This document shows, piece by piece, positions 24,513 through 37,030 of a DNA stretch of 64,000 nucleotides (position 1 is its first letter; every line of letters starts with the position of its first letter). The notes under the pieces were generated by a model, which was given only the letters and a program-made list of their open reading frames with translations, was not told where the DNA came from and ran no database searches. Origin of the DNA: Hydrolagus colliei (lineage: Eukaryota); contig CM068743.1 in NCBI GenBank assembly GCA_035084275.1, forward strand, positions 59,024,001 through 59,088,000, written 5' to 3'. Made by a program: the position numbers and the translations under genes.

Positions 24513-25956
24513 AAATGGCATTTCAGACTGGGTGGGATTTCGATGTTCACAAAATGCACAAATTCTAGCAGGGATTTCAGAACTGGATAATGGATAGTGG
24601 ACAGGAATGGAACGGAACCTCAAGTCATTGTATTTTTTCTTCAGGGTAAAAATTATGATAAGTGATGTGTATATGATGTGATAATTATAATATGTTCAGT
24701 CTATGGACAGAAGCCATTATGTCAAAGTAATCAGGGTGAGGGGGAAGGGTATTCATATCTGTGGACATCGTTCAGTTGGCACAACAGTAAATTTAGCACA
24801 GGTGATAATTCTGACATTGCATGTCACACTTTACACCCTCTTAGTGCAAGAGCTCTACTTATATCATCAAAATGAGATCATATAAATCAGCAGGGAGGCT
24901 CCACGATGGAACTGTTCAATATGGTTTAGTCTGACTTTCCATTCCTTGTTTAACAACTGAGCCATGGGGGTGGGTGGCGGGGAGATGGGAGTGTAATGGG
25001 GCGCATAACGTAATGCCTTGCAGGCTTAAGTTATGATATTCATCGGAAGCCTGAAAGTCTACTTGGCTCTCTGTGCAGTGACTGTGATAATATGCGTTTA
25101 TAATGGGGGAAATCCAGTTAGAGGCTCATATTGTCAGTGTCAATGCACTGAAACCCACCAGAATTTCAGCTGTCTAGAATCCCAAGGTTCCTCCTCTTAC
25201 CCTGTCTATTTAAAAAAAACTCTATACATATTTTTTTCGTTAAAAGTTATAAATTGTAAGTGCGACATTTTCTGTGTGTTCACTTCAGCCTTGAAGGCTG
25301 TAAGATGTGTGTGCTGCAGTTTTTATTTCAGGACCGAAAGCTTTCTATTCTCAGATCAGCTATTCGTGGCTCTGCTATATCCAGCTTATGGCATTTGCAC
25401 GCTAAGGTTAGATTGCTAAGCATTATCGTAACATCTGAGCTCCTTCTCAAAATATCCCAAGACTCAGTAAATACTAGCTTCAGTTGCTCATTTTGCCATG
25501 TTTGTGGTCACTTCAAGTGAGAGGGAAAAAAAGGGTATGTAAATTCGAACAGAATCATTCTTTGAGTCAGAAACATCAGAATACTCCAACCCAGAAGATT
25601 TAAAGACTTGTATTTTTGCACACTGTGCAGAAATGACGCATGCAATAATTAGTCATGCCATTGACAAGTGACAAAATTAAATCAATCATTCACGTACATA
25701 CCACTTCCATCTGGTGGGAAAGAAAACCCTCTTTTGTACCAATCTGCAATCTTTGGATGAGTGTCACTCACATTGTAATTGGTGCTGTTCACAGTCAGAA
25801 TCGCATGTGTCTGAAATTGACTTGCTGCAGTTTGGTCTGGTGTTATGACTTGTAACCTAGCAACAGATCATGGCTCATTTAAAATTAAATTATTTTTGTG
25901 TCTGGACCAAACAGGCGGTTGTTACTGAAATGTCTTTCACAGTTTATACACATTTT

Positions 25957-26631
25957 CATAGAATCATAGAATTATACAACACAGAAGGCCATTCAGCCCA
26001 TCCTTGTAAAGAGATGTCCAACTCAATCCCACTCCCCCGTGCTCTCCCCATAGTTCTGCTAACCTGTCCTGCCCAAATAACAATCTACTTCTCCCTTAAA
26101 AGTTATTATTGAATTGGCTTCCACCATCTTTTCTGGCAATGCATTTCAGATCCAAACAACTCACTGCATGAAAAAAATTCTCCTCACTCCCCTATCTGTT
26201 TCTTTTAACAACTATTTTAAATCGATGTCCTCGGGTTACCAACCCACTCGCCAGTGGGAATAGTTACTCCTTCTTCAACCTATTGATTCCACTGATAATT
26301 TTGAAAACTTCTATTTTGTTCCTTTTAATCTTTTCTGCTCCAAAGAGAATAACAACAAGAACAACAACATTACAATTATAGAGTGCCTTTCACGTCAGGA
26401 GGACATCCCAATATCCTAGCTTCTCTATCCTTTCCTGATAACTGAACTCCCTGGTACCATCCTGGTAAATCTCGTTTGCACCCTCTTCAGTGCCATGACA
26501 TCCTTCATAAAGTATGGTTCCCAGAACTGAACACAGCACTCTAGCTGAGGCCTAATCAATGTTTTATAAAGATTCATCATAACTTCCTGACTTTTTTATT
26601 CTATGCCCCTACTTATAAAGCCTAGTATCCC
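25957..26631 (-). mobile_element. CR1 LINE 3' end with a nested short L2 tail (about 26354-26409)
   Basis: Colinear with 9051-9692; CATAGAATCATAGAAT tail; L2 tail inserted at AATAAC/AATATC. Confidence 0.9.
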
Positions 26632-27779
26632 AGGTCCTGAACTTGGTTGCAGCATTATGGCACACTTAATTCATTTAGGACGTTTAATTCTCATCCAACT
26701 CCCTGGTGTTCAAATACTAGTGTTTACCTAAGTCCATGACTCTCTAATGATATTGAATATCCATTGCTGTGCCAACTAGTGTTAGTGTGCACTTTAGTTA
26801 GTGGTGGTTGGGTGAGGGAGTGCCCAATTTCCTTATGTTCTAGTGCCAGATTAAGTTGTTGCAATTTACAATGTTTGATTTCCCTAAGAGTCCCTTTGTA
26901 AATCAATTCATTGAGAGCCCATGTCAGTTATTGAGTGTGGTTCTGGTGATTGTTATTATTACCGCTTCGCAGAATTTACTGTAAAGTGTATTATAACGGC
27001 AGAAAATTTGCACACAACAGTCTTCCCCAAATAACCAAGAAGTAAGTAAATTTCATTTGGAGGATTCTTTTGTTGGCCAGGGCACTGGGAGAAAGCCCTT
27101 TCTCTTTTTGAAGCTTTAACGTTTCCTGATTCCCTGGTGTCTGGTGACAGGTACACATCTGATATCCGATGAAGGCTGCACATTAGCTACTGATGAGTGA
27201 ACACACAATTCTCTGGTATAGTGACAGGCATGTGTGATTTTCTGGTATACAGTGATATCTCGCTGTGTAGCTATAATCATGTGCTCATTGCTTCTTATGT
27301 ACTGGCAGATATATACATGACTGCTCTCTGCACTAGGCTCCCCCTTTTGAACTTTGTTTGCAGGTTTCTGGAACTCTTACCCTCAATCCCTCCATGTTCC
27401 TCTTCAACTGTAACTACGGTCACCTCCCCCATCCCCCAGCTTGACACCAGGCTTCGCCACCGTCAAACATTATGAGTCACTACTCTGGGTGGAGGCACTG
27501 GATAAATGCAAATTGCTATTGTTCTAAATCCTAATTTGTTATCTAATTCCTGGACGATCTCTTGTCTGCACATTCATCCCAAATTTATCTCATCTTTACT
27601 ATTGTAATCCAAGTGATGGGCTTGATACAAATTTTTATTTCTTGCAAATGCTATTTTATTGTTGTTGCTCCAATCACCCCTCAAGTTTTTTTTACATGAT
27701 ATAAACTATAATTACCACCTGTACTTGACATCATAAAACACCCGAACTGTCTTTCAGCCACAACACAGCCCGAAAATCT

Positions 27780-27972
27780 GGAATTCTTGCCCTCAAGCCC
27801 TCTGCCTTTCCCCCTCCTTCCCCATACTCAGGTTGTGCTTGAAGACCTTCCTCTTCGACCCTTACGATGACTCCACTTCCCAACTGGCTTGACATGGTGC
27901 TTTGTCACTCTCAAGTGCTCTTGGACGCTATCCTGCATGAGGAATGCTATATAAATGCAAGTTGTTGCTGTT
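27780..27972 (+). mobile_element. Old L2 3' fragment
   Basis: CTGGAATTCTTGCCC...TTGAAGACCTTCCTCTTCGAC...GCTATATAAATGCAAGTTGTTG. Confidence 0.7.
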
Positions 27973-28484
27973 TTTGCTATAAGGTTTTCACGTAATACCC
28001 ATCTTATCACAGCAGAATTTTTTCTTCCTGAATCTACCACTTATGGTATACATCAAAAGCACAATATGAAGCAGGTTTGCATACAAATTCTCAGACATGA
28101 TACTTTAAAGTGAAAATCCTGTGAAATGCACTAGGATGTTTCAACAATGTAATTGTCTGATGTATCAAATGCAAGGATTATTATCAGTAATATTATTTGT
28201 ATTGAATTCATACTTACTGATTTTTTAATCAAAAAAAATCCAGCCATTTTAGGAAAACTATAACCACTGAAGTTGATTTGTTTCTTGATCCTGGAGGCAG
28301 AACTTCTGTTTCAAACAAAGTTGTTTCTTCAGTCCTCTCTGCCCTTTCAATGATAGGGAACTGTCAGACACTTTGTTTCTACTCTCTGAAACTATTTAAA
28401 ATCATCTGCCTTGCTTCTTTTGCTTTGAAAATCTGTTGTTAAAACCTAACTCTTTGACAGCGCCTTCTGCACTCCTGTCAAATG

Positions 28485-28920
28485 CTAGCTTGGTTCAGTT
28501 GGAAGTACTTTCATCTGAGTCAGAAGGTTCCAACGCCTTGGGACATCCTCCAGATATGAAAGGCACTGTACAAATGTAATTCTGTTGTTGTTGTGGGTTT
28601 AATTCCCACGTCAGGACTTCAAACTCATGCTGGAGGTGCATCCTTTGAATGAGGCATCACCCGGGGTCCCGTAAACCCAGGTAAATCAGGTGACGTTAAA
28701 GATCCTATATCACTATTCAGAAAGAGATGGAGTTTTTTTTCCCAGTGTCCTGGCAAATAAAACCCCAAATAAAATTGATCATTCATTGCAAGTTTGTTTA
28801 TGAGACATTGCTATGTGCAGATTAGCTGTCACATTCACCTACAAAATACAGTCACTACACATTACAGTATATCCTGTGAAGCCCTCCTAATGTAATGTAT
28901 CAAATGTTAGGATTATTATC
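28485..28920 (+). mobile_element. Old DeuSINE with a nested short L2 tail (about 28530-28595)
   Basis: TCTGAGTCAGAAGGTT head, interrupted by a type-B L2 tail, then AAAGATCC...GTGTCCTGGC centre and GGATTATT tail. Confidence 0.7.
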
Positions 28921-29011
28921 CCCTTCCTGAAGACCCATCTTTCTCAGGCTCCCACTCTGTGAAATGCTTTAAGACATTCACCCACATGAAAGACACTATT
29001 TAAGTATAAAA

Positions 29012-29186
29012 ATGCCTTGGGACGTCCTCCCGACGTGAAAGATGCTCCACAAATGTAATTTTGTTGCTATTGTAAAACAACAACAACAACAACAATTTAC
29101 ATTTATATAGCGCCTTTCACGTCGGGAGGACATCCCAAGGCGCTAAACAAGAGGCGTGTGACCCGAGCTGGGAGGGGAGTGTTTGG
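29012..29186. mobile_element. Two L2 tails inserted tail-to-tail (29012-29072 +, 29076-29186 -)
   Basis: GCCTTGGGACGTCCTCCCGACGTGAAAG... faces its reverse complement; the minus copy differs from 1939-2049 at two positions by eye. Confidence 0.9.
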
Positions 29187-29187
29187 G

Positions 29188-29319
29188 CAAGATACTGGAA
29201 ATGCTGGAAATCTGAAATAGAAACAGAAGTCGCTGGGAACACTCAGCAGGTCAGGCAGCATCTATGGAGAGAGGCAAGTGAGTTAAGATTACATGTCAAT
29301 GACCTTTCATCAGAACTCA
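29188..29319 (-). mobile_element. Penelope-like element terminal-repeat fragment (decayed hammerhead)
   Basis: ATGCTGGAAATCTGAAA...ACTCAGCAGGTCAGGCAGCATC...GACCTTTCATCAGAACT; homologous to 36922-37030 and 61919-62088. Family name from recall. Confidence 0.7.
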
Positions 29320-29405
29320 ACTGTATAAGCACAACTTGTTATAAAAGACGTATCAGTGAACAAAATGGTCTGATTTGTACAGCTAGTAATATGTATAGTA
29401 AACAT

Positions 29406-30210
29406 GTGGAGCTCCTGTAGCTCAGTGGTTAGCATGGACGTGCAGTCAGGGTAGACAGGGTAGGCAGTGCCTACCTTATGAAAATAAAAACTTTCAATTG
29501 TAGATGATTATTTAATGGTTTATATTTTTACAATGCACATTTTACATAATGCAAACAATTTTTAGTAGAAACTACAAAAATTATTTAACTGTGATTTGAT
29601 ATGCCTACCTTAAAAGCAACAGAAAGGCAGCGAGACGCTGTGCCTTTTTTACCCATTGAGTTCAATGTAGTTCCGATGCGCATGCATATTCCTTTCTCAT
29701 TGTCTCAGTAACAGGTGAAATAGGCCCAAGCTACTGCTGCCTTTCCTCTTTCCATCAATTGCTATCAGATCACATTGAAATGCCATCTCTGCGTATGCGC
29801 ATTTGCAGAAAAAATGACTGGGAAAAAAGCAGTCTGCTGCTGCCTTTACTAACTCCAAAAGTTAGTAATGGACTGAGGAAAGTGCCTATCCTGTCAATTT
29901 ACCCACCGCCTGTCACTGGTGGTTAGAGCACTCGCCTTACAAGCGTGAGACCTGTGTTCGAATCCAGGCAGATCAAAGCAAAACCTTGGGCAAGTTTTCT
30001 TACTCCACACGCCTAATAATAATCTCTCAGAAAAAAACACAACAATAAAATTGGTCATTTTCAATCCACAACTGTTTGGCTGCTGTGTTTCACCCACAAA
30101 TATACAGTCAATACACTTTACAGTATATACTGTGAAGCGCGTTGAGATGTCGATAAGATGTGAAAAGCGCTATATCAAATGTAAGGACTATTATTATTAT
30201 TATATTATTA
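29406..30210 (+). mobile_element. tRNA-derived DeuSINE split by a hAT insertion
   Basis: Head GTGGAGCTCCTGTAGCTCAGTGGTTAG (29406-29432) resumes as AGCACTCGCCTTACAAG at 29927; tail runs to about 30210. Confidence 0.93.
29433..29918 (+). mobile_element. Non-autonomous hAT transposon, copy 1
   Basis: Imperfect TIRs CATGGACGTGCAGTCAGGGTA / TACCCACCGCCTGTCACTG; perfect 8-bp TSD GTGGTTAG (29425-29432 and 29919-29926). Confidence 0.94.
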
Positions 30211-31542
30211 AGCATGAGTCAAATAAAGAAACTGGACAACAACATTTGATTGTAACCAACCCAGACTGGAGGGTGTCTCAAAATACTGCAACATGACGGT
30301 GGTGATAATCCCCAAAATTTCAGATTTTCTGATAATTTCTCAGAAATCAGCACACAAAGGTTTCTTGAGGTGAAGGTTTGCTCAACTTGTGATCTGTTAA
30401 TGACTAGTAATTTCTATCACATCTTGGCATGGTTTCAAAACTAACAGTAAGATGTTACTGATAGCTGCATTTTTTCATGATCATATCACTTATGTTACCT
30501 GATATACCAGTATCAAAAAGTAAGTTATGATTTAATTTGGTTTTGATATGAGTGAGATGTTCATGTCAGGAAGGATGTCCGAAAGCATTTGACAATTCCG
30601 GCTGGGCACTAGAATTGAGGGTGGGAGCTGAGCAGGGGAAAGATGTCTTTCTCCTGTCAAAGAGGTACAGAAACAACAACTTTCATTTATGTAGCGCCGT
30701 TCTAGCACTTGTTCTTGCAGCTTTTGGAGGTCAGATTTTTACACTGATTTTTAGTGAATCTCATAAGAAATTCTGCAATGTAGCTGACATTTCACTCTAT
30801 TATTGCAACAACTTCCAGGTTGTTAATATTGCATTTGAAACCCCAATCACACAGGGTATCAATATTTAGAGGCATAATTGAATAGCATCCATGCTAGAAT
30901 ATAAAACAGAAATATTCGGCATTAAAATGTCAAATTTCTTTAAAGCAGCTTTAAAGAATAAGAGAAGAAACATCTCCCACATAAAACAGGTTGTGGGATC
31001 TATTCGAACAATTGAAATAACAATATTTTCCTTTATTTGGGGATTTTCCATTATATTGACCTTGTAAAAAGAGGTATGACCTGTACCTTTAAAAGAGGTA
31101 CTGTATAGATCTATTTTTAGCAAGCAACAACAAATAATCCCTGGACTCTCTCAATCCATTTTATGCATGGTAGAACCAGTGAATCTTACATTTAAGTGGA
31201 GGATGTCGTATATCTAGGAGTGATTAGGACCATGTAACTAATTCAGGTGAGTTCGCAAAACATGCAAGCTAAATACAAAAAATGGTGTTACTGTCGCCAG
31301 AACTATGACATGAGATTTCAGCCTTGAACCCATACCCTGCTACCTGTGCCTTTTTAGAAAAAATTCAACATTTTGATTTGGGACCTCTATAATTCTCTTT
31401 TTAGTTGGATTTGCACTGGTGGAGGATGTTGGCATGTTTTATATTTTTGATGTGAGGTGAAATCAAATGTATTTGAAGAAGAGGACTGTTGCTGTGAGAT
31501 TTATTTCTATTTCCAAGTCAAGTTGTTACCCCTGGGTATAAA

Positions 31543-31718
31543 AATAATAATAATATTTGCATTTGATATAGTGCCTTATCACGCTTTCTAGACATCTCAA
31601 AGCGCTTCACAGAATATACGGTAAAGTGAATTGACTGTATTTGTTGGCAAAATGCGGCAGCTAATTGCGCACAGCAGTGTCCCACAAACAATCGTGAATT
31701 GAGGTGCCCAATTTATTA
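31543..31718 (-). mobile_element. DeuSINE 3' half
   Basis: AATAATAAT...GCATTTGATATAG...AAAGCGCTTCACAG...GCGCACAGCAGTGTCCCACAAAC. Confidence 0.9.
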
Positions 31719-32327
31719 TTAACTCTTGTAAATACAAGTTTTCAAATTACCCTCACTTCATGAAATCTATTGTGATTAATTTTAAAGTGGGTGGAAATAT
31801 ACTGATCAGAGAGGTGTCAACTCTTGCTGCTAAATATTAGGGAATGAGCACAACTCAAAGTCTCCACAATTATCTTAAAAATAAACAACAGCCCTTGGTT
31901 TGCATGCATGAAGCAAAACACTTCATAACAAACTTGATGATATTAAGAAGTCATCATCAGAGCGTGACTGCTGAATTTATGAACCAAAGCCATGAGATCT
32001 GCATAGAGCATTCATGCTTTAACAGATTGTGCTTTACAGCCTCTGTTTGCACAGAAGGCCTGAAGTTATTTAGTCTTCCACTCTTGTGTAATATTTATCA
32101 GCCAAATCCTTTCAAGCCCTATCAGGTAGTTAGTTTCTTTATTTGTCATTTGCTTGGAATGTGTTTTTCATTTTTCAACCAGTTTATTCATTTCTGTAAG
32201 AAAACAAGAAATAGATTGCCTTCCCAAATTAAAACTAAAAGGTAAAACTGTTTCTAGGCAGCACTGAATATTACATGGATGGCAGCTTAAAGCAGCATAG
32301 AAAATGGAACTATCCACTGTTTGTAGT

Positions 32328-32595
32328 ATAATAATCTTTGCATTTGATATAGTGCCTTATCACATCTCTACATGCCACAAAGCACTGCACAGAAAATACT
32401 GTAAAGCAAAATTTTCTGTATATTATGTGGGCAAAACTTGGCAGCCAAGATTACTACTTACTGCTAGGTAAACAGAAGCATGGGTATTCCCATGCTTGGG
32501 TATTCCCATGCTTAAACCTGCCTAACGCCCTGAAATCCAACCCAGGTCCTCTCACTTGCAAGGCGGGTTCTCTAACTGTTAAGTTACAGGACTCC
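32328..32595 (-). mobile_element. DeuSINE with an internal deletion and filler
   Basis: Tail at 32328 and head ...TACAGGACTCC at 32595; the middle is replaced by a hairpin/duplication at 32450-32515. Confidence 0.8.
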
Positions 32596-34084
32596 GGAGA
32601 GAAGCAATACTTTATAAAATGCCTTGGATAACCATGACTGAGGCATACAACCATTTGTGTCCTGTTTTGCGTCACTAGAAATTACATTAAGCATTCGCTT
32701 TATGTTCTGCAGGTGATAAGGATTGATAGCTGTATCATTACATGGATTTTATCATCAATTGCTTGAATGAGGGGGCAGTTGCCAATTTATACACTGAAAG
32801 CAAGTGGAACAAAATTATGATTTGCTTTTTGAAAGCAAGGCACTCTTCCTTTTACAAAAAAACTGACAACAGCTGTTACATGAAGATGCATCTAACCTTT
32901 CATCTTATCAATGCACAGTATTTTTTTTTCAGTTTTACTGCCGAAAGCCTGAAAGACAATACATTATACAAAGAAGGACCAGATCGAAAGCTAGAATATA
33001 GCAAGGCTTTGAAAATGTTTCTAGTTTGAGGGATGCAATTATAGATGTAGAAAGGCCTTTTTTTTATTTTTATCTTTTCTGTGTATTTTTAGACGAGTGG
33101 AAATATAGTAACACAATAAAATTGTCAATATTTCAGGTAAGAGAAAGACAAGGGGGGAAATTCAGATATTTCATTTAGCCTTGATGCTTTGATCTTTCAG
33201 TTCTGCTGCCTTGGGTAGCAGCACCATTGCCTCAGGGGGCATAGATTCCTCCATGTCTCACAAGGAGAGAAGACAAAGGGTAACAAAGTAAAGGCTGTGA
33301 CTATTAACATACCCATTCTTTTCTGTCATGGTAAGATTGAGCAATCTGTCTAACTGTGCACTTTTTTTTACATCTTTGGCCTCTTGATCACCTTCCTCAA
33401 AAATTTGGAAAGTAACCAGAAAATTGAACCATTTAAATAGCAGTTCCTCTTCCAGTGTAAAGGAGGAAAATTCCACCACAGGGGTTTCCTCAGGTATTCC
33501 AGAGATACTTCTGATGCGACATTGCATATGAAGCGGGTTAATAATTTAAGCATTTGAAACATCATTGTAGTGAAAAGTGCTGGGGATAAGTGGTCCTTGG
33601 TATGTGTTGGCCATTGTTTTCAATGCTTGCATGAAGTGATCTAACCTTCCATCTTTGTCAATACACAAATGTTTATTGGTGGCAACAGGGAAAGTTTTGA
33701 TGCTATAGATTGAGCACATAAGAACAGGAGGAGGTCATTCAACCTATCATTACTGTATTATTCTACTTTATTGTATCATTATATTATGGCTATTATTATA
33801 ATGGCAGATTTTTAAAATCCCATTTCTATGCTTAATGCTAACTGTAACATAAGAATCCAGTATTTTGTCATTCAAATGGAGTTGGCTGTAATATTGTCTA
33901 TCTGGGATTATATGGTATTAAATATCAATGTAAGAAGTTACAGTTGGAATAATTTGGCGGTTTGGTTGTAGATTTTTAACATCTACATTTTCTTCAGTTC
34001 AATATATGAATACCATATGTTTCAGTTAGACAATTTCTTCTGCTATTGTAATGGACAAATTTGGCATGAATTTTTGTACACTGA

Positions 34085-34270
34085 TAATAATCCCTCAATT
34101 ATAATTTGGTCACTCAATTCACAACTGTTGTGGGACACTGCTGTGCATAAATGGCTGCTGCTTTTTGCCCACAAATATACAGTCAATTTACTTTATAGTA
34201 TATTCTGCAAAGCGCTTTGAGACTTCTAAAAGTTGTGAAAAGCACTATATCAAATGCAAGGATTATTATT
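34085..34270 (+). mobile_element. DeuSINE 3' half
   Basis: AATAATCCCTC...GTGGGACACTGCTGTGC...GCAAGGATTATTATT. Confidence 0.88.
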
Positions 34271-34889
34271 TTAGTACCCTCACTTTTCAAGAAAAAATAA
34301 TCTCTTTAAACATCTCAATTGATGCTGCCCTAATGACTTTCTGAAACAGTATTTTCTACATTTGTACAATCCTCTGAATGAAGATATGTTTGCTGGTCTT
34401 CTTTCTCATAAGTTTATTTGTAATATACTATAAGATTGTTCCAGGTGCCATTGTAAAACAGCCTGAAAATCTCAACAACATTAGCAGCAGCAATGCAATA
34501 TCCCTTATTTCTTTCCCTTTGCACTCTCCTTCTCCTAAAGGCACTGATTCCTCCTGCAATACAATTCCACAGTACCAACGGCCTTCTCCCACATTGTCCA
34601 AGTCATCATTCTTCATAGGTGAGCCCGGTCAGTGACAGTTGTCTTGCCTTATATCTCAGCTGATTCTGTTCTCACCCAACATCCAGGTACAGTACATGCA
34701 TTTTTTTTCAGCAGAGGAAAGTAACTGGCACTCGGAAGTGGGAACCTGTGGTAGATTTAAGTTCACGTCATAGCCCAGAGGTATCAGACCAATTGCAATG
34801 ACACCATCTGCCACTGTGGTTAAGATTAGCTAACTCAGAACACGCAAGAAATTGAAACACCAAGCTGCTGGAATATCTGGAATATCTCT

Positions 34890-35262
34890 TTCTCAGCATT
34901 TTAAAAACCTTGATCATGTCCCACTCAACGTTCTTTTCTTCCATCGAAACAAGTTTGGGTCTGTGAGTCTCACCACAACTCTTGGAGACTTAAATGCTGA
35001 AATCATTCTTCTTAAAACATCTCCCAACATATTCATGCATGTTGTAAGACTGTACTTGTTACAGTTCTGAATGTGGAACTTGCTAACACAAGGTGTAGTT
35101 GAGGTGAATAGCATAGATCGTACTTGACAGAGAAAGGAACAGGTTATTCTGATAGGCTTATTTGAGGAAGGGCAGGAGCAGGCTCATGTAGAGCATTAAA
35201 ACCACCATAGACCAGTTGGCTCGAATGACCTGTTTCTGTGCTATATGTTCTATGTAAATCTA
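34890..35262. mobile_element. Old CR1 fragments (34890-35045 minus, 35070-35262 plus)
   Basis: Minus piece resembles the RRMISAFK...LFRWKKRTLSG CR1 region; plus piece is the GTGGAACTTGCTAACACAAG...GAATGACCTGTTTCTGTGCT 3' end. Confidence 0.65.
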
Positions 35263-36921
35263 TGTTACAATAAATGTTGCCATGTAGTGTGGCAATATTA
35301 GCACCTCCAGTATTTACAAATGCATGTCAATTTAGCGGCCTTAAGGTACTTTACACTTTGACTGTTCCCTAGGAGTCCTGGAAGCAACTCCCTCTTCCCC
35401 CAACTTCCCACATAACTACTCTACCTACTCAGAGAAAGTATTACTTTCACACAGATTGACCACAAGCTGCACTTGGCAGAAGGGCTAGAATCAAGACAAT
35501 TACTTATTAGTCAAGTTTACTTATTAGTGGTAATACCTCATCCGAGCAAAAGTAATGAATATCAGTCCCATAGGAAATATAAGACTCCGGTGTTAATATA
35601 AGAAAGATCAACTGTCAATTGTTTGCAGTTTGCACTATTCATCTATTCTGTCAAATTTAGAGAAATCTATATGAATCAAAAGGTCACAGCTTCCATTGGT
35701 CTATGAGTCATTCAGTTTGGTGTGTAGCTGCTTGGTTTGTGGTTGGTGTATGTTTTCGTTGCAATGGCTGAAATCAACGAACTTGACTGATATGCTCATT
35801 TGAATTAGCGTTATGAGATGGTAAACAGAAAATGAAGAGTAACAGTTGCACATTTTTAGACGTGAATAAGGCCAGCTTGGTGATACTGTGCATAGTCATG
35901 TGCTCCACCAGTAATTCAACTCTCGTAACCCAGGAATTATTTTGCGTAAGTTGACAGCCTTCCTCTTTTGGTGGCCTATAGTACTGTGTTAACATGTCTC
36001 ATGTTTAAAATAAGAACTTGTTTCCTGCTTTAGCTGTGGTTAGTGTTTAAAATAGAGTTCTGAATACACATGAAGCAGATAGGCTGAGAACATTTTCCTA
36101 ATAAAGTAATCATTAGCTTAGTTGTACCTAACTATTTGCTTGTACATTTTCAGTGGTGTTGAATATTATTCAATTGATGAAAATTTATATTATGATTTTT
36201 TTAAAAACAATTATGTACATGGTGTTATGTACAATATGTATGGAAGAGTTTTGTAGAATTTTGCCAAACAACAACAATAATGGATTACATTTGTATTGTG
36301 CCTTTCACATCGGGAGGATGTCCCAAGGTGATAACAAAAAATAAATATTATCATATGTGAAATTAGAATCCTTACATTTTTCATTCGGGTTTGTTTGTGT
36401 TTAGAATAATTATATTCTTTCCATTTGTGATGCTATTGACTGAAGTCAGTATTGCTGATGTGTGGTTACTAAAACATTCAATAATAAGTTCTCTAAAAAG
36501 CCAGTTGGTATCAGCACTGCTCAGTATGAAGGTGATCTGGCAGGTGGAATCCTTGGTCTGGGTTGGCCAAAAAAACAGAAAAACTGTTGGAAAACCTAAC
36601 ACATTTGTAATTTTGGTGCCTGTGGGATATTGCTATGTGCAAATTGGCTGCCGTGCTTGCCTATACAGAGGATATACTTTGCCGTTTTACCTGTGAAGCA
36701 CTTTGAGACATCCTCCTTACGTGAAAGACCGTATCAAATGTAAGTACAGTTATATTTTATTAAGAAATTTGGTAGCAAATCAAACAATTTCAGTCAGAAC
36801 TTTTTTTTTCCAAATATGAATTTGCGTTTAACATAGCAATGTTTGGCTTGTGAATACTCAGAGGGTAGGAACAACTGGAACCAGGAAAAGTGGTTGAGGA
36901 TAGGCCACTGGACTCATTTAA

Positions 36922-37030
36922 AAAGCAACAAAAACAGAAATCGCTGGGAACACTCAGCAGGTCCAGCAACATCTATGGAGAATCGAAAGTGAGTCAACAT
37001 TTCGGGTCCATGACCCTTCGTCAGAACTGG
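36922..37030 (-). mobile_element. Penelope-like element fragment with a minimal hammerhead motif
   Basis: AAAACAGAAATCGCTGGGAACACTCAGCAGGTCCAGCAACATC..., ending in a hammerhead core on the minus strand. Confidence 0.72.
36992..37028 (-). ncRNA. Minimal type I hammerhead ribozyme motif
   Basis: Minus strand AGTT-CTGACGA-A-GGGTC-ATG-GACCC-GAAA-TGTT-GACT: CUGANGA and GAAA cores, 5-bp stem II, 4-bp stem I, putative GUU cleavage triplet. Activity not shown. Confidence 0.6.
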
